From positions 672,001 to 736,000 of the forward strand of contig CBDFGR010000002.1 of NCBI GenBank assembly GCA_965247115.1: DNA of 64,000 nucleotides, in the 5' to 3' direction. This DNA comes from Myxococcota bacterium (GTDB lineage Bacteria > Myxococcota_A > UBA9160 > SZUA-336). The number at the start of each line of letters is the position of its first letter. Positions within the stretch are counted from its first letter, which is position 1. The notes under the pieces are model-generated. The model searched no databases and was not told the DNA's origin. It worked only from the letters and a program-made list of their open reading frames with translations. Positions 49,056 through 57,988 of this stretch are shown piece after piece. The translations under genes were made by a program, and so were the position numbers.

Positions 49056-50063
49056 ATGGAGGAACGCGTGGACATCGTCGCCAAGATGAAACGGGACTGG
49101 AACCGTCGCGCCCGGCACGACGCTCGCTTCTGGATCGCGACCAACGATTTTCGCAACGATGCCGAGTTCGATTCCTCAGGGGAGGCGACACGGCTAGCGC
49201 TACTCCGCCTGCTTGGCGACCACTACGACCCTGGCTGGACAGTGCTCGAAGTGGGCTGTGGCATCGGACGGGTGCTCAAGCCGCTGGCCAGGGACTTTGC
49301 CCGTCTCTGCGGCATCGACGTCGCTCCCGAGATGATTGCGCGCAGCCGCGATTGGCTGGGGGGACTGAGCAACGTGGAGGCCCGCGAGGGATCTGGCGTC
49401 GATCTCTCGGGCTTCGCGGATAGGAGCTTCGACCTCGCCTTTTCTTACGTCGCTTTCCAGCACATGCCGCGACCTGTGTTCGCGGCCTATCTGGCGGAGA
49501 TCAACCGGGTCCTGCGCGATGGTTCCCTGTTCGCACTGCAGGTGATCGTTGGCAGGCTAATCGACCCATCGTTCGAGGACACGATCACCATCCGTGCGTA
49601 CGAGCCAGATGAGCTCTGTGCTCACCTCTCGCTGAGCGGGTTCGAACTCATCTCGGATCTCCCCATGCTGACGCCGGAAAATCCGCTTGCCAGTCCCTTC
49701 CTTCTGGCTCGCCGGTCGCGGCCCATCAACCAGCCGCAGGCGAACGAGTGGCACGGACTCAGGTGTCGCAACGAGGTGTCCCCTCTAGACGATCACCTGC
49801 ACCTCTATCTCGCTCACGATCAGCTGGTGCGTGGGCAGCGCAAGGCGGCGATCGACACGCTCTCCCGCCTGGTTCTGAACAGTCCCGCGCACCTCTGTGG
49901 CTGGACCGAGCTCGTCACGCTTCTGCTCGAGGAGGGGCAGGTCGTCCCGGCCATCGACGCGCTCGAACGGATGTTGCGTGCAAATCCGGAGTACGAGCCC
50001 GCTCGTCGGCACCTCTCTGAGCTGCATACGCTCGTGAGGAGGTCACACTCGGGCAGCTGCTAG
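49056..50063 (+). CDS. Class I SAM methyltransferase with C-terminal TPR-like helices
   Basis: VLEVGCGIGR, FQHMP, EINRVLR; helical C-terminus. Confidence 0.8.
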   Translation: MEERVDIVAKMKRDWNRRARHDARFWIATNDFRNDAEFDSSGEATRLALLRLLGDHYDPGWTVLEVGCGIGRVLKPLARDFARLCGIDVAPEMIARSRDWLGGLSNVEAREGSGVDLSGFADRSFDLAFSYVAFQHMPRPVFAAYLAEINRVLRDGSLFALQVIVGRLIDPSFEDTITIRAYEPDELCAHLSLSGFELISDLPMLTPENPLASPFLLARRSRPINQPQANEWHGLRCRNEVSPLDDHLHLYLAHDQLVRGQRKAAIDTLSRLVLNSPAHLCGWTELVTLLLEEGQVVPAIDALERMLRANPEYEPARRHLSELHTLVRRSHSGSC

Positions 50064-50145
50064 GCCCGCACGGCGAGCTGCACTGCGGGGTACCGGACCG
50101 GACCCAGGCTGAATTTGCCTCGCCGACTGGTTTATCCTTCCTGCC

Positions 50146-50604
50146 ATGAAGATTGCGCTAGCACGCGTGCGCGAGCTGCTGAAGCGCAAAGGGAGTGTGG
50201 GCGAGCGCTCGTTCCTCGAGGCAGCCATGGCAGTGAGCGCGCTCGTGTCTATGGCCGACCGAGAGGTTCGTTTCTCGGAGCAGATCGGCCTCGACTACGT
50301 GCTCGATAACGCGAAGCGGCTCGAGACGGTGGATCCTCACGAGGCCGTCGAGATTCACCGGCGCTACGTCGAGGCGATCCGCGACGATGCAGCCGTGGGG
50401 CAGCGCGCCGCACTCGAGGTCATCGCGCGCTTTCGAGAGGACCCGGACTCCGCGAGCTTGCTTCTCGCGGTGGGACTTGCGATCGCAAAGGCTGACAGCG
50501 AGGTCTCGGCCGTCGAGGACCGCGCGCTCGCCGAGATCTGCGACACACTGCAGCTTCCTCACGACGCGCCATTCCTCTGGAAGCATCCAGGTGAGACGAG
50601 CTAG
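50146..50604 (+). CDS. TerB-family protein
   Basis: ALVSMADREV..SE and AIAKADSEVS..E helical repeats. Confidence 0.75.
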   Translation: MKIALARVRELLKRKGSVGERSFLEAAMAVSALVSMADREVRFSEQIGLDYVLDNAKRLETVDPHEAVEIHRRYVEAIRDDAAVGQRAALEVIARFREDPDSASLLLAVGLAIAKADSEVSAVEDRALAEICDTLQLPHDAPFLWKHPGETS

Positions 50605-50614
50605 ATCCTGAGCG

Positions 50615-51046
50615 CTACAGGTCCGACTGCCCCCCTGTAGGAACGCTCAGCAGCCAAACGACCAGGGTCAGCAGCGCTGCGCCCACAACGAGCTTCGCCC
50701 AGGGGTTCACGACGAAGAAAACCAGCGAGCTCCCACCCACGAGTCCGATCATCACGATCGCCGTGACCTTGACATGCCTGGCAATGCTGCGGGACTCGCG
50801 CCAGTCCCTGATCATCGGGCCGAACAGGCGGTTCGCGAGCAGCCAGTCGTAGAAGGGCGTCGAAGAGCGCGCGAAGCAGGCTGCGGCCACCAGCAGGAAG
50901 GGCGTCGTCGGCAGCACGGGCAGCACCGCTCCGAGCGCACCGAGCCCTACGAACACAAATCCGGTTCCGAGGAGCAACGTACGCACGGCCCTGGACTGGA
51001 TGAGCGCCGGTTTGGGAGCCCGCTCGCGTTCCCGTTTGACAGTCAC
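50615..51046 (-). CDS. YbaN/DUF454 family membrane protein
   Basis: LPVLPTTPFLLVAAACFARSS. Confidence 0.9.
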   Translation of the reverse strand: MTVKRERERAPKPALIQSRAVRTLLLGTGFVFVGLGALGAVLPVLPTTPFLLVAAACFARSSTPFYDWLLANRLFGPMIRDWRESRSIARHVKVTAIVMIGLVGGSSLVFFVVNPWAKLVVGAALLTLVVWLLSVPTGGQSDL

Positions 51047-51895
51047 CTACGCCGCAGAGACCTGATCCAGGTGGACGTCAGTCTGGGGAAACGGGATCGA
51101 GATCCCCTGTCGGTCGAACTCGACTTTTACGCGTTCCATCAGGTCGAAGTAGACCGGCCAGTAGTCTCCCGTCTTGACCCACGGTCGGACCGCAAGGTTG
51201 ACGCTGCTGTCTGCCAGCTCGAGAACCGCGATCGTCGGCGCTGGCTCTTGAAGTATGCGCTCGTCCGAGCTCACGATCTCGTTGAGCGTCGCCTTCGCCT
51301 GCGCCAGGTCGTCCCCGTAGCCGATCCCGAATACCAGGTCGACACGCCGCGTTTCCTTTGCGGAGTAGTTCACGATGCTCCCGCCGATGATCTGCCCGTT
51401 TGGCACCGTGATCTCTTTGTTGTCCGCGCTGCGGAGCTTGGTCGCGAAGACCTGGACTCCCTCGACGGTACCGGCAACACCGCCCGCCTCCACTGAGTCA
51501 CCCGTCTTGAAAGGCCGGAACAGCATCAGCATCACACCCGCGGCAAAGTTCCCCAGCGAGCCCTGGAGAGCGAAGCCGACGGCCAGACCGGCCGCCGCGA
51601 TGACCGCCGCGAACGAAGTCGTGTTGATTCCCAGCTGACCCAGCGCACTGATCCCCACGAGCGCGATGAGCGCCATGTAGACGAGGTTGCAGACGAAGGT
51701 CGTGAGCGTGGCATCGACCACCGCACGCGTCATCAGTCTGCGCGTCAGACTTGTAAGCAGGCGAGAGAGCCACCAGCCGACGATCAGTACGACGAGCGCC
51801 GAGATCAGCATGGGTCCCCCGGCAACGAGCGCCTCTCGAAAATTCCCGACTATGTCTTGCATTCTTTGCTCCATTTCCTCGAGAAAGATCAGCAT
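51047..51895 (-). CDS. mscS: Small-conductance mechanosensitive channel (start may be slightly downstream)
   Basis: GLAVGFALQGSLGNFAAG, RPFKTGD, VPNG, ISIPFPQ. Confidence 0.92.
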   Translation of the reverse strand: MLIFLEEMEQRMQDIVGNFREALVAGGPMLISALVVLIVGWWLSRLLTSLTRRLMTRAVVDATLTTFVCNLVYMALIALVGISALGQLGINTTSFAAVIAAAGLAVGFALQGSLGNFAAGVMLMLFRPFKTGDSVEAGGVAGTVEGVQVFATKLRSADNKEITVPNGQIIGGSIVNYSAKETRRVDLVFGIGYGDDLAQAKATLNEIVSSDERILQEPAPTIAVLELADSSVNLAVRPWVKTGDYWPVYFDLMERVKVEFDRQGISIPFPQTDVHLDQVSAA

Positions 51896-52091
51896 TCTCT
51901 CATACCGCGATTGCTGCGATACGACCTGTCTGCTTGCTGACCCGCTGCTGGGCCACCGTGCCGCGGAGAGGTGTCAGGAGCTCTCGGAACCGTTCCCAGG
52001 GGCATGACGGAGCTGTCGCCTTCCGGACCGCCACGCAGACTCAGCGCTCATGCTCGGACGGCCGGGTCCGATACGCTCAGCAGGAGCTGTG

Positions 52092-52992
52092 GTGGACGGT
52101 CTGACCCTCGTGTTCGGTCTCGGGGAAGCGCTCAGCGGGAACGAGCTGACGTTCCTGTTGACGCTCGCCCTCCTGGCGATTTTCATGCTGGCGGTCCCCT
52201 TCCACCTCTTGCGAGCCTCCGAGCGCTCCATTGCCTTTGCCCGTTCGGCGCCTGCGACTCTGGTGAGTGTAGGAGTGCTCGGGACCCTCGTGAGCCTGTT
52301 TGCAACCCTCCAGGCCTTTGACACCTCCGCCAGGGATGCCAGCCTACCGTCGCTCGTGGAGGGCCTGCGGGCTGCCTCCGCAACCGGTCTGCTCGGAGTC
52401 CTGCTGGCGCTCACGTACCGGACGTACGAGAGGCTGGTCCCACCGCGGAAGGATTCCCCAGGGTGCTGACGAGGGCAGCCCCGAGCCCGCCGGGCTGGCG
52501 CTCGAGACCGCGACGGACCTCACGAGCCTGAACGCGACCCTCGTGGGCGAATTCCAGAAGCTCCATACAGTCCTCGAGACCCAGCTCGAGGAGAGCCGTT
52601 CCGACTCGCAGCAATCGTTCGAGGACCTCAGTGTCGGCGTGCAGACTCTGAACGAGCAGGGCGCGGAGACGCTAAAACAGGTGGAGGAGACGCCGCTGGT
52701 CTCCGCCGACGAAGAGTGCGAGGCCGAGCCGAACGCACCTGCGCGCCGCTTTCTCTTCCGCATTCCGGTCGACTACGAAGCGGGCGGACAGTGCGGGAAG
52801 GGCACCCTGATCGATATCTCCTCTTCTGGAGCCCTGATCGAGGATGTCGACCTCCAGCTGATCCTCGGCGCGTTCGTCGAGATCTGCTACAAGCTCGAGG
52901 GCGAGGAGAAGCCCACCTTGCTCTACGGAAAGGTCGCCCGTGAGAGCGAGTCGGGCTTTGCCGTGGAGTTCGTCGAACGACGCACCGGGTAA
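52092..52992 (+). CDS. MotA/ZorA-like 3-TM domain + helical linker + PilZ domain (frameshift at ~52456)
   Basis: AGGAG RBS + GTG; APATLVSVGVLGT...FDT...LVEGLRAA; C-terminal RRFLFR and DISSSG; frames join after removing one C from CCCC 52456-52459 (~299 aa). Confidence 0.65.
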
Positions 52993-53002
52993 GCTCGTCG
53001 CG

Positions 53003-54037
53003 TCAGGCGCGATCGGCAACGCCGTCGTCCGAGAGCCGCGCGTCCGTCTCTCTGCCCAGCCTCCGCAGGCTGCCGAAGCTCAGTCCCAGCACTTGAAGCG
53101 AGACCAGCCCCGCGACGCCGATGACGGCGAATTGAAGACCGTGGACCACGATGGCGTAGCTCAGCGCCGCCTCGCGGCTGAGCGCGAAGGCAGCGAAGGC
53201 CAGGACCGCGCAGGCCTCGAACACGCCGATGTAGCCGGGAGCGGACGGGAGGGCGACACCAAAGGCAATCAGGACGAGCGTGAAGTACGCAAGGTAGGGA
53301 TCCGGCTCGAGTCCGAAAGCGAGCAGCCCGAGCCACAGTACCGCGCCCTCGATCAGCCAGACGGCGAGCGACAGAAGCGCGAAGAGGAGCAGGGTTCGGT
53401 CCAACCGTAGAAAGGCGAGCGCACCCAGGGCCGAGCGCCAGAGCTGCTCGACACGGTCTTTCACACGATCCGGGAGCCAGCCTCCCAGGCCGCCCGCTAT
53501 CCCTTCGATGAGCTGGGGCCGAATGCGGACCACGAGAACGGCTGTTAGCGCGACGAGAAGTACGGACGCCACAATCCACCCCGTGCTGGCGAGCGCTCGG
53601 TCGAGGCTCTCGGGAAACGGTGTGATCACGGCTGTGGCGCAGAAGATCAACAGGAGCACAGCGCCGTCGAAGGTCCGTTCTGCCACGATGGAGGCGAGTC
53701 CAAACGCGGTAGGCAGGTCCTCCCGACGGCGCAGCGCGAGCGCGCGCACCAGCTCACCGAGTCGCGCCGGCAGCAGGTTGTTTGCCATCATCCCCACGAA
53801 GATGATCGAGGTCGCAACTCCCAGCCGGACGGGTTTCGCAGGACGGAGCATGAGCTGCCACCGCAGGCCGCGGATGAGGTAGGCACAGAGGTAGACGGGA
53901 ATCATCAGGGCAAGCCAGGAGACCCGTAGGTCTCGGAGTGAGTCGACGAGGCGTTCGACGTCCAGCCGACGTACGACCAGGACGAGGGCGACCAGGCTGA
54001 CGACGGGCCCGATCAGCACGAGCGGCCAGCGTCGCAC
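53003..54037 (-). CDS. Lysylphosphatidylglycerol synthase TM / flippase-like protein
   Basis: RGLRW, NNLLPARLGELVR, ERTFDG, PSAPGYIGVFE. Confidence 0.88.
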   Translation of the reverse strand: MRRWPLVLIGPVVSLVALVLVVRRLDVERLVDSLRDLRVSWLALMIPVYLCAYLIRGLRWQLMLRPAKPVRLGVATSIIFVGMMANNLLPARLGELVRALALRRREDLPTAFGLASIVAERTFDGAVLLLIFCATAVITPFPESLDRALASTGWIVASVLLVALTAVLVVRIRPQLIEGIAGGLGGWLPDRVKDRVEQLWRSALGALAFLRLDRTLLLFALLSLAVWLIEGAVLWLGLLAFGLEPDPYLAYFTLVLIAFGVALPSAPGYIGVFEACAVLAFAAFALSREAALSYAIVVHGLQFAVIGVAGLVSLQVLGLSFGSLRRLGRETDARLSDDGVADRA

Positions 54038-54082
54038 CCCTGAGCTACCTCCCTCGGCCCACCATTCTCGGAACCTGGCCGC

Positions 54083-54559
54083 TCAGCCGAGGCTCCCGTA
54101 CTTGCCCCGAAAGTGGAGCAAGGGTGCGACCTCGCTGGCCTCGGCCTCTTCGAGACGGCCGACGCAAATGACGTGATCCCCAGCATCTACGGCCTCGTGA
54201 ACGGAGCAGTCGAGCCACGCCAGGGCTCCCGGGATGCGCGGACAGCCCGTGGCGCCAAGCGTGCACTCGAGGCCACGGAAGCGGATCTCCTCCTTCTGCT
54301 TGTTCGCGAACAGATTCGAAAGCTCGTCCTGGCCTCGAGCGAGGATGCTCACGCTGAATGCTCTCGACTGCTCGATGACTCCCAAAGTGCTGGAGCTCTT
54401 GTCGGCGCAGACCAGGATCATGGGAGGATCCAGACTCACTTCATTGAAGGAGGACACCGTCATTCCGTGGCGCAAGTCACCGTGCTGCGAGGTCACGATC
54501 GTGACCCCGGTCGCCCAGCTCCCGAGCACCCGCTTGAACGTCTCGCTGTCGACAGCCAC
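54083..54559 (-). CDS. Flavin reductase family protein
   Basis: ATGVTIVT, VSLDPP, AGDH; GTG overlaps the upstream TAG. Confidence 0.9.
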   Translation of the reverse strand: MAVDSETFKRVLGSWATGVTIVTSQHGDLRHGMTVSSFNEVSLDPPMILVCADKSSSTLGVIEQSRAFSVSILARGQDELSNLFANKQKEEIRFRGLECTLGATGCPRIPGALAWLDCSVHEAVDAGDHVICVGRLEEAEASEVAPLLHFRGKYGSLG

Positions 54560-55365
54560 TACTTCACCTGAACCTGGAGAACTTCGCTGAAGCGTACGCG
54601 CCCGGAGGCCGAGAAGAGCCCTCCCCTCGGCTGTGTCCCGGTGATGGTCTCCACTCCCCCATGAGGTGAAGCCTTCTCCGTTCCGTAGAGGAACGCCGCG
54701 GCCAGAGGGTACGTACCGGGTCGAGCCGGAGCGCGCAGGCGGTACGTCACCGAGACCTGATCGTATTTGTTCTGCACCGGGTCTGCCTGGACGCCGGAGA
54801 TGTTTACGTATGAGATGGCGGGCGACAGCTCCGGATTCCGGCGATCGGTGAACTTTGTCTGCGGTTGTCCGTCTGGACCCGTCACCGCGGGAGCCTCCAG
54901 AATCTGCCAGCCGCGCGAGGGAGCCGGGCTCGCCTGCCAGCGCTGGTTCGAGTCGACGAGGGCGATCCCGACGACGGGCCCCCCACCTCCCCTCGCCTCG
55001 ACGGTGACGTCGATCACCTGGCCGGCATTCACGCTGAGCGGAGCGAGGATCCGCACACCGGAGTTCTGGTCGATCTGTCGGATGGCAGCGATCAGCGCCC
55101 GCCGCTGCGCAGGATCGAGCTCCCCGTAGGGAGTCTCGTCCCCGGCGACCTCGATCGTGGCGAGGTGCTTGTTGTCGGCGAGCTCGGCGTTCGCTCGCTG
55201 CTCCGGCACTCCGCCGAGCTGCTCTATGGAGACTGACGAGTGGCACGCGGTGCAGAAGGGCGCGACGTCAGTAACGTAGTTTGGAGTACCACCAGGGTAG
55301 GCCAGTGCCGATGCCGGCAAGACACAAAGGGTGGCGAGCCACCACTTTCGAATCGGTCCCGTCAT
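54559..55365 (-). CDS. Secreted monoheme cytochrome c with a beta-rich C-terminal domain
   Basis: Signal peptide ending ASALA; CTACH. Confidence 0.7.
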   Translation of the reverse strand: MTGPIRKWWLATLCVLPASALAYPGGTPNYVTDVAPFCTACHSSVSIEQLGGVPEQRANAELADNKHLATIEVAGDETPYGELDPAQRRALIAAIRQIDQNSGVRILAPLSVNAGQVIDVTVEARGGGGPVVGIALVDSNQRWQASPAPSRGWQILEAPAVTGPDGQPQTKFTDRRNPELSPAISYVNISGVQADPVQNKYDQVSVTYRLRAPARPGTYPLAAAFLYGTEKASPHGGVETITGTQPRGGLFSASGRVRFSEVLQVQVK

Positions 55366-55367
55366 GC

Positions 55368-55919
55368 TCAGAGCTCCTCGTGACAGCTGTGGCAGGCTCG
55401 TCGCACACGAGCCGGTTCCAAAAATCCGAACTGGGCCGCGCCCTTAGTGGAGTGCGACACGTGACAGTCAACGCAGCGATAGACGAAGGACGGCAGATTA
55501 TGAACGTCGATCGCGTGGTAGTCGTCGGTCCGGTCGCTCTCGTAGGTCTCGTGGCACTGCACGCAGTCCTCGTCCCAGAGCGGGTGATCCATCGAGACGG
55601 GCTCTTCGAAGCGACCGAACAAGTAAACAAGGGCGTCCCGTGCGGCCACCGTCTTGACTCGGAGCTGGTTCGCGAAGCTCGCTCCCCCGTGGCATTCGAT
55701 GCAGCGGAACTCGCTGTCGGCCTGGTAGTGGAGCGAGACCAGGTTCACGGGCGGCGTTGCCATCAGCTCCTGCATTTTTTCCTCGTGAAGAGGGGTCTGC
55801 TCACTCAGGTGGCACGCGACGCAAAACGAATTGTTGGATTCGAGCCGATTGGTTATCACCCATCCGATTGGTCCACCGACCGCGATGAGGAGGATGCCAG
55901 TCGCGATTGCCAGCTTCAC
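55368..55919 (-). CDS. Membrane-anchored pentaheme cytochrome c (NapC/NirT-like N-terminus)
   Basis: N-terminal TM helix; CVACH, CIECH, CVQCH, CVDCH, CHSCH. Confidence 0.85.
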   Translation of the reverse strand: MKLAIATGILLIAVGGPIGWVITNRLESNNSFCVACHLSEQTPLHEEKMQELMATPPVNLVSLHYQADSEFRCIECHGGASFANQLRVKTVAARDALVYLFGRFEEPVSMDHPLWDEDCVQCHETYESDRTDDYHAIDVHNLPSFVYRCVDCHVSHSTKGAAQFGFLEPARVRRACHSCHEEL

Positions 55920-55931
55920 CGCGGCGCCATC

Positions 55932-57209
55932 CTACCCGAATCGGGGCGCGATGTGGATCAGCGCCAGATCGGTGACGTTCGTCTGGGTCGGACCGGTAAC
56001 GTGAAGGTCCCCTGTAGCGCGGAGTAGCGGGTAAGAGTCGTTGCGCGCAAGGTGAGCGTCCGGGTCGAGGCCCTTTGCGTTGGCGCGTTCCAGGCTGCTC
56101 GTGTCGGCGAACGCTCCAGCCGCATCCGTTGGGCCGTCACTCCCGTCCGTTCCGGCAAATAGGGCGGTGATCCCCTCCGCTCCCTGCAGCTCCAGAGCGA
56201 AAGCCAGCGCCAGCTCCTGACAACGCCCGCCCATTCCGGGGCCCCGCACGACGACCGTGGGTTCTCCACCGGCAATCAGGAAGCCCCCACCCGTATCGCG
56301 CGCCCGCCGCGCCTGCGTCGCGAGCGAGTGCCCCAGCGGCGCGGCCTCGCCGTACAGAACGGAGCCGAGCATCCGCACCTGCTGCCCACGACTCTGTGCC
56401 TCCACCCTCGCAGCCTCGAGCGCATCCTCCAGGCTTGCAACGACCCGGAAATCATTGCCCTCCTCTTGCGCGGGGTCGGGCTTCCAGGTCTCCGGGCGTT
56501 GACCCGCTGCACCCTGCTCCAGGTGTAGGCGTACAGCCGGGGCGGTAGCGTTCTCGAGCCCACGAGCGCGGAGCACGCTCAGCGCGTCCGCAAAGGTGGT
56601 GGGATCGGGAACCGTCGGGCCCGAGCCGATTCGATCTGGCAGATCCCCCGCCACGTCGGACACGGCCAGAGTCAGCACGGAGGCGGGTCGAGCGGCGACC
56701 CGCAGTCCTCCCCCCTTGATGCGGGACAGGTGTTTGCGCACGGTGTTGATCTCGGCGATGTCGGCTCCAGCGTTCAGCAGCTGTCGGGTCAGCTGCTGCT
56801 TGGCTTCGAGGCTCACGCCGTCGGCCGGCGCGCACCAGAGCGCGGAGGCTCCGCCAGAGATCAGCACGAGCACGGCATCAGAGGCGCCGAGTGAGCGTGC
56901 ATGGCGGAGCGCCCGCTCTGCGGCGTCCACTCCGCTCGCATCTGGAATGGGGTGCGAGGCTTCGAGCACCTCGAGGGATGGGATTGCGAAGGCGTTGCCG
57001 GTCTTGGTCACGATCGACCCCCCGGAGACTCGAGAGCCGAGCTCTGCGAGCGCAGCGCGGGCCATGGCGCACGCGGCCTTCCCCGCACCCAGCACACTCA
57101 GGCGGACCGGGGGGTCCCAGGCACGCAGCGCCTTCTCAACGGCCCGGCCCGCGTGCACCGCCTCGAGCGCGGCAGCGTGCACCCCGGCCAGAAGCTCTCG
57201 CGGGTTCAA
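55932..57209 (-). CDS. Glycerate kinase type 2 (MOFRL/DUF4147)
   Basis: GAGKAA, ISGGASAL, RKHLS.IKGG, GGR.QE, GTDGSDG, TNVTD. Confidence 0.9.
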   Translation of the reverse strand: MNPRELLAGVHAAALEAVHAGRAVEKALRAWDPPVRLSVLGAGKAACAMARAALAELGSRVSGGSIVTKTGNAFAIPSLEVLEASHPIPDASGVDAAERALRHARSLGASDAVLVLISGGASALWCAPADGVSLEAKQQLTRQLLNAGADIAEINTVRKHLSRIKGGGLRVAARPASVLTLAVSDVAGDLPDRIGSGPTVPDPTTFADALSVLRARGLENATAPAVRLHLEQGAAGQRPETWKPDPAQEEGNDFRVVASLEDALEAARVEAQSRGQQVRMLGSVLYGEAAPLGHSLATQARRARDTGGGFLIAGGEPTVVVRGPGMGGRCQELALAFALELQGAEGITALFAGTDGSDGPTDAAGAFADTSSLERANAKGLDPDAHLARNDSYPLLRATGDLHVTGPTQTNVTDLALIHIAPRFG

Positions 57210-57988
57210 CCCTGCTCGTCGGGAATGAGGACGATCTCGATACGCCGGTTGCGCGCACGGTTCTCGACGGTGTCGTTTGTCGCAACGGGCTGGTGAGGAC
57301 CGTAGCCAATAGCGGAGAGTGCGGAGGCGTCCACACCGGAGCTCTCGAGGAAGCGCAGGACCTGGACCGCACGCGCCGCGGAGAGCTCCCAGTTCGACGG
57401 GTACCGAGCGGTGGAGATGGGCCTGTCGTCCGTGTGGCCGCCGACGCGGACGGAATACCCCGAAAGGCCGCGGATCTGTTCGGCAACGGCCTCCAGCACC
57501 GACTCCCCGTCGGGCTTGATCTCCGCCAGCCCGGAGTCGAACAGGATCTGATCGGAGGCGCTCACTTGCAGACCTCCTCGGAGTGCCTGGATCTGAATTT
57601 CCCCGCGCTCGAGCTCGGCCTCGAGTGCCTCCACGAGGTTGAGGTATGTCGAAGACATCTCCTGAATCTCGCTCTCCCGGGCCCTCAGCTTCTCACGCTC
57701 ACTCTCCAGACCCGCGCGCATGCGCTCGTTCGCGAGGCGTAGATCCTCTGAATCACTCGTGAGCTGGACGCGTTCGAGTTCCAGCGATTTCAGCTCGAGG
57801 TCGAGGCGCTCCTGAGATCGTTGCAGCTCCACGATCTGTTGCTGCAACTCCGCCGCCACGTCGTCCTTCTTGGCGAGCTCGTACTCGAGGCTGCGAGCGC
57901 GCGACACCTCGGCGTCGTAGACGGTCTTGGTCACGATGCAGCCCGTGAGGAGGGTGGAGAGCATCGGGAGCAATGCGATGCGAATCAT
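57206..57988 (-). CDS. OmpA/MotB-family lipoprotein with coiled coil
   Basis: Lipobox LTGC; GHTD, NWELSAARA, NRRIEI. Confidence 0.9.
   Translation of the reverse strand: MIRIALLPMLSTLLTGCIVTKTVYDAEVSRARSLEYELAKKDDVAAELQQQIVELQRSQERLDLELKSLELERVQLTSDSEDLRLANERMRAGLESEREKLRARESEIQEMSSTYLNLVEALEAELERGEIQIQALRGGLQVSASDQILFDSGLAEIKPDGESVLEAVAEQIRGLSGYSVRVGGHTDDRPISTARYPSNWELSAARAVQVLRFLESSGVDASALSAIGYGPHQPVATNDTVENRARNRRIEIVLIPDEQG

Noticed and set aside
50146..50604. Tellurite-resistance (ter) operon
   Set aside because: Only a lone TerB-like gene; no terA/C/D/Z neighbours
52464..52469. TGC-TGA (Cys-UGA) as a second selenocysteine site
   Set aside because: Readthrough in that frame is Arg/Gly/Pro-rich and not protein-like; the PilZ-coding sequence is in another frame, so a frameshift explains it
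52092..57988. Zorya anti-phage system (ZorA-like + OmpA/MotB protein)
   Set aside because: Genes are ~4 kb apart on opposite strands, the MotB-like protein is a lipoprotein without the TM-Asp helix, and no zorC/D/E are present
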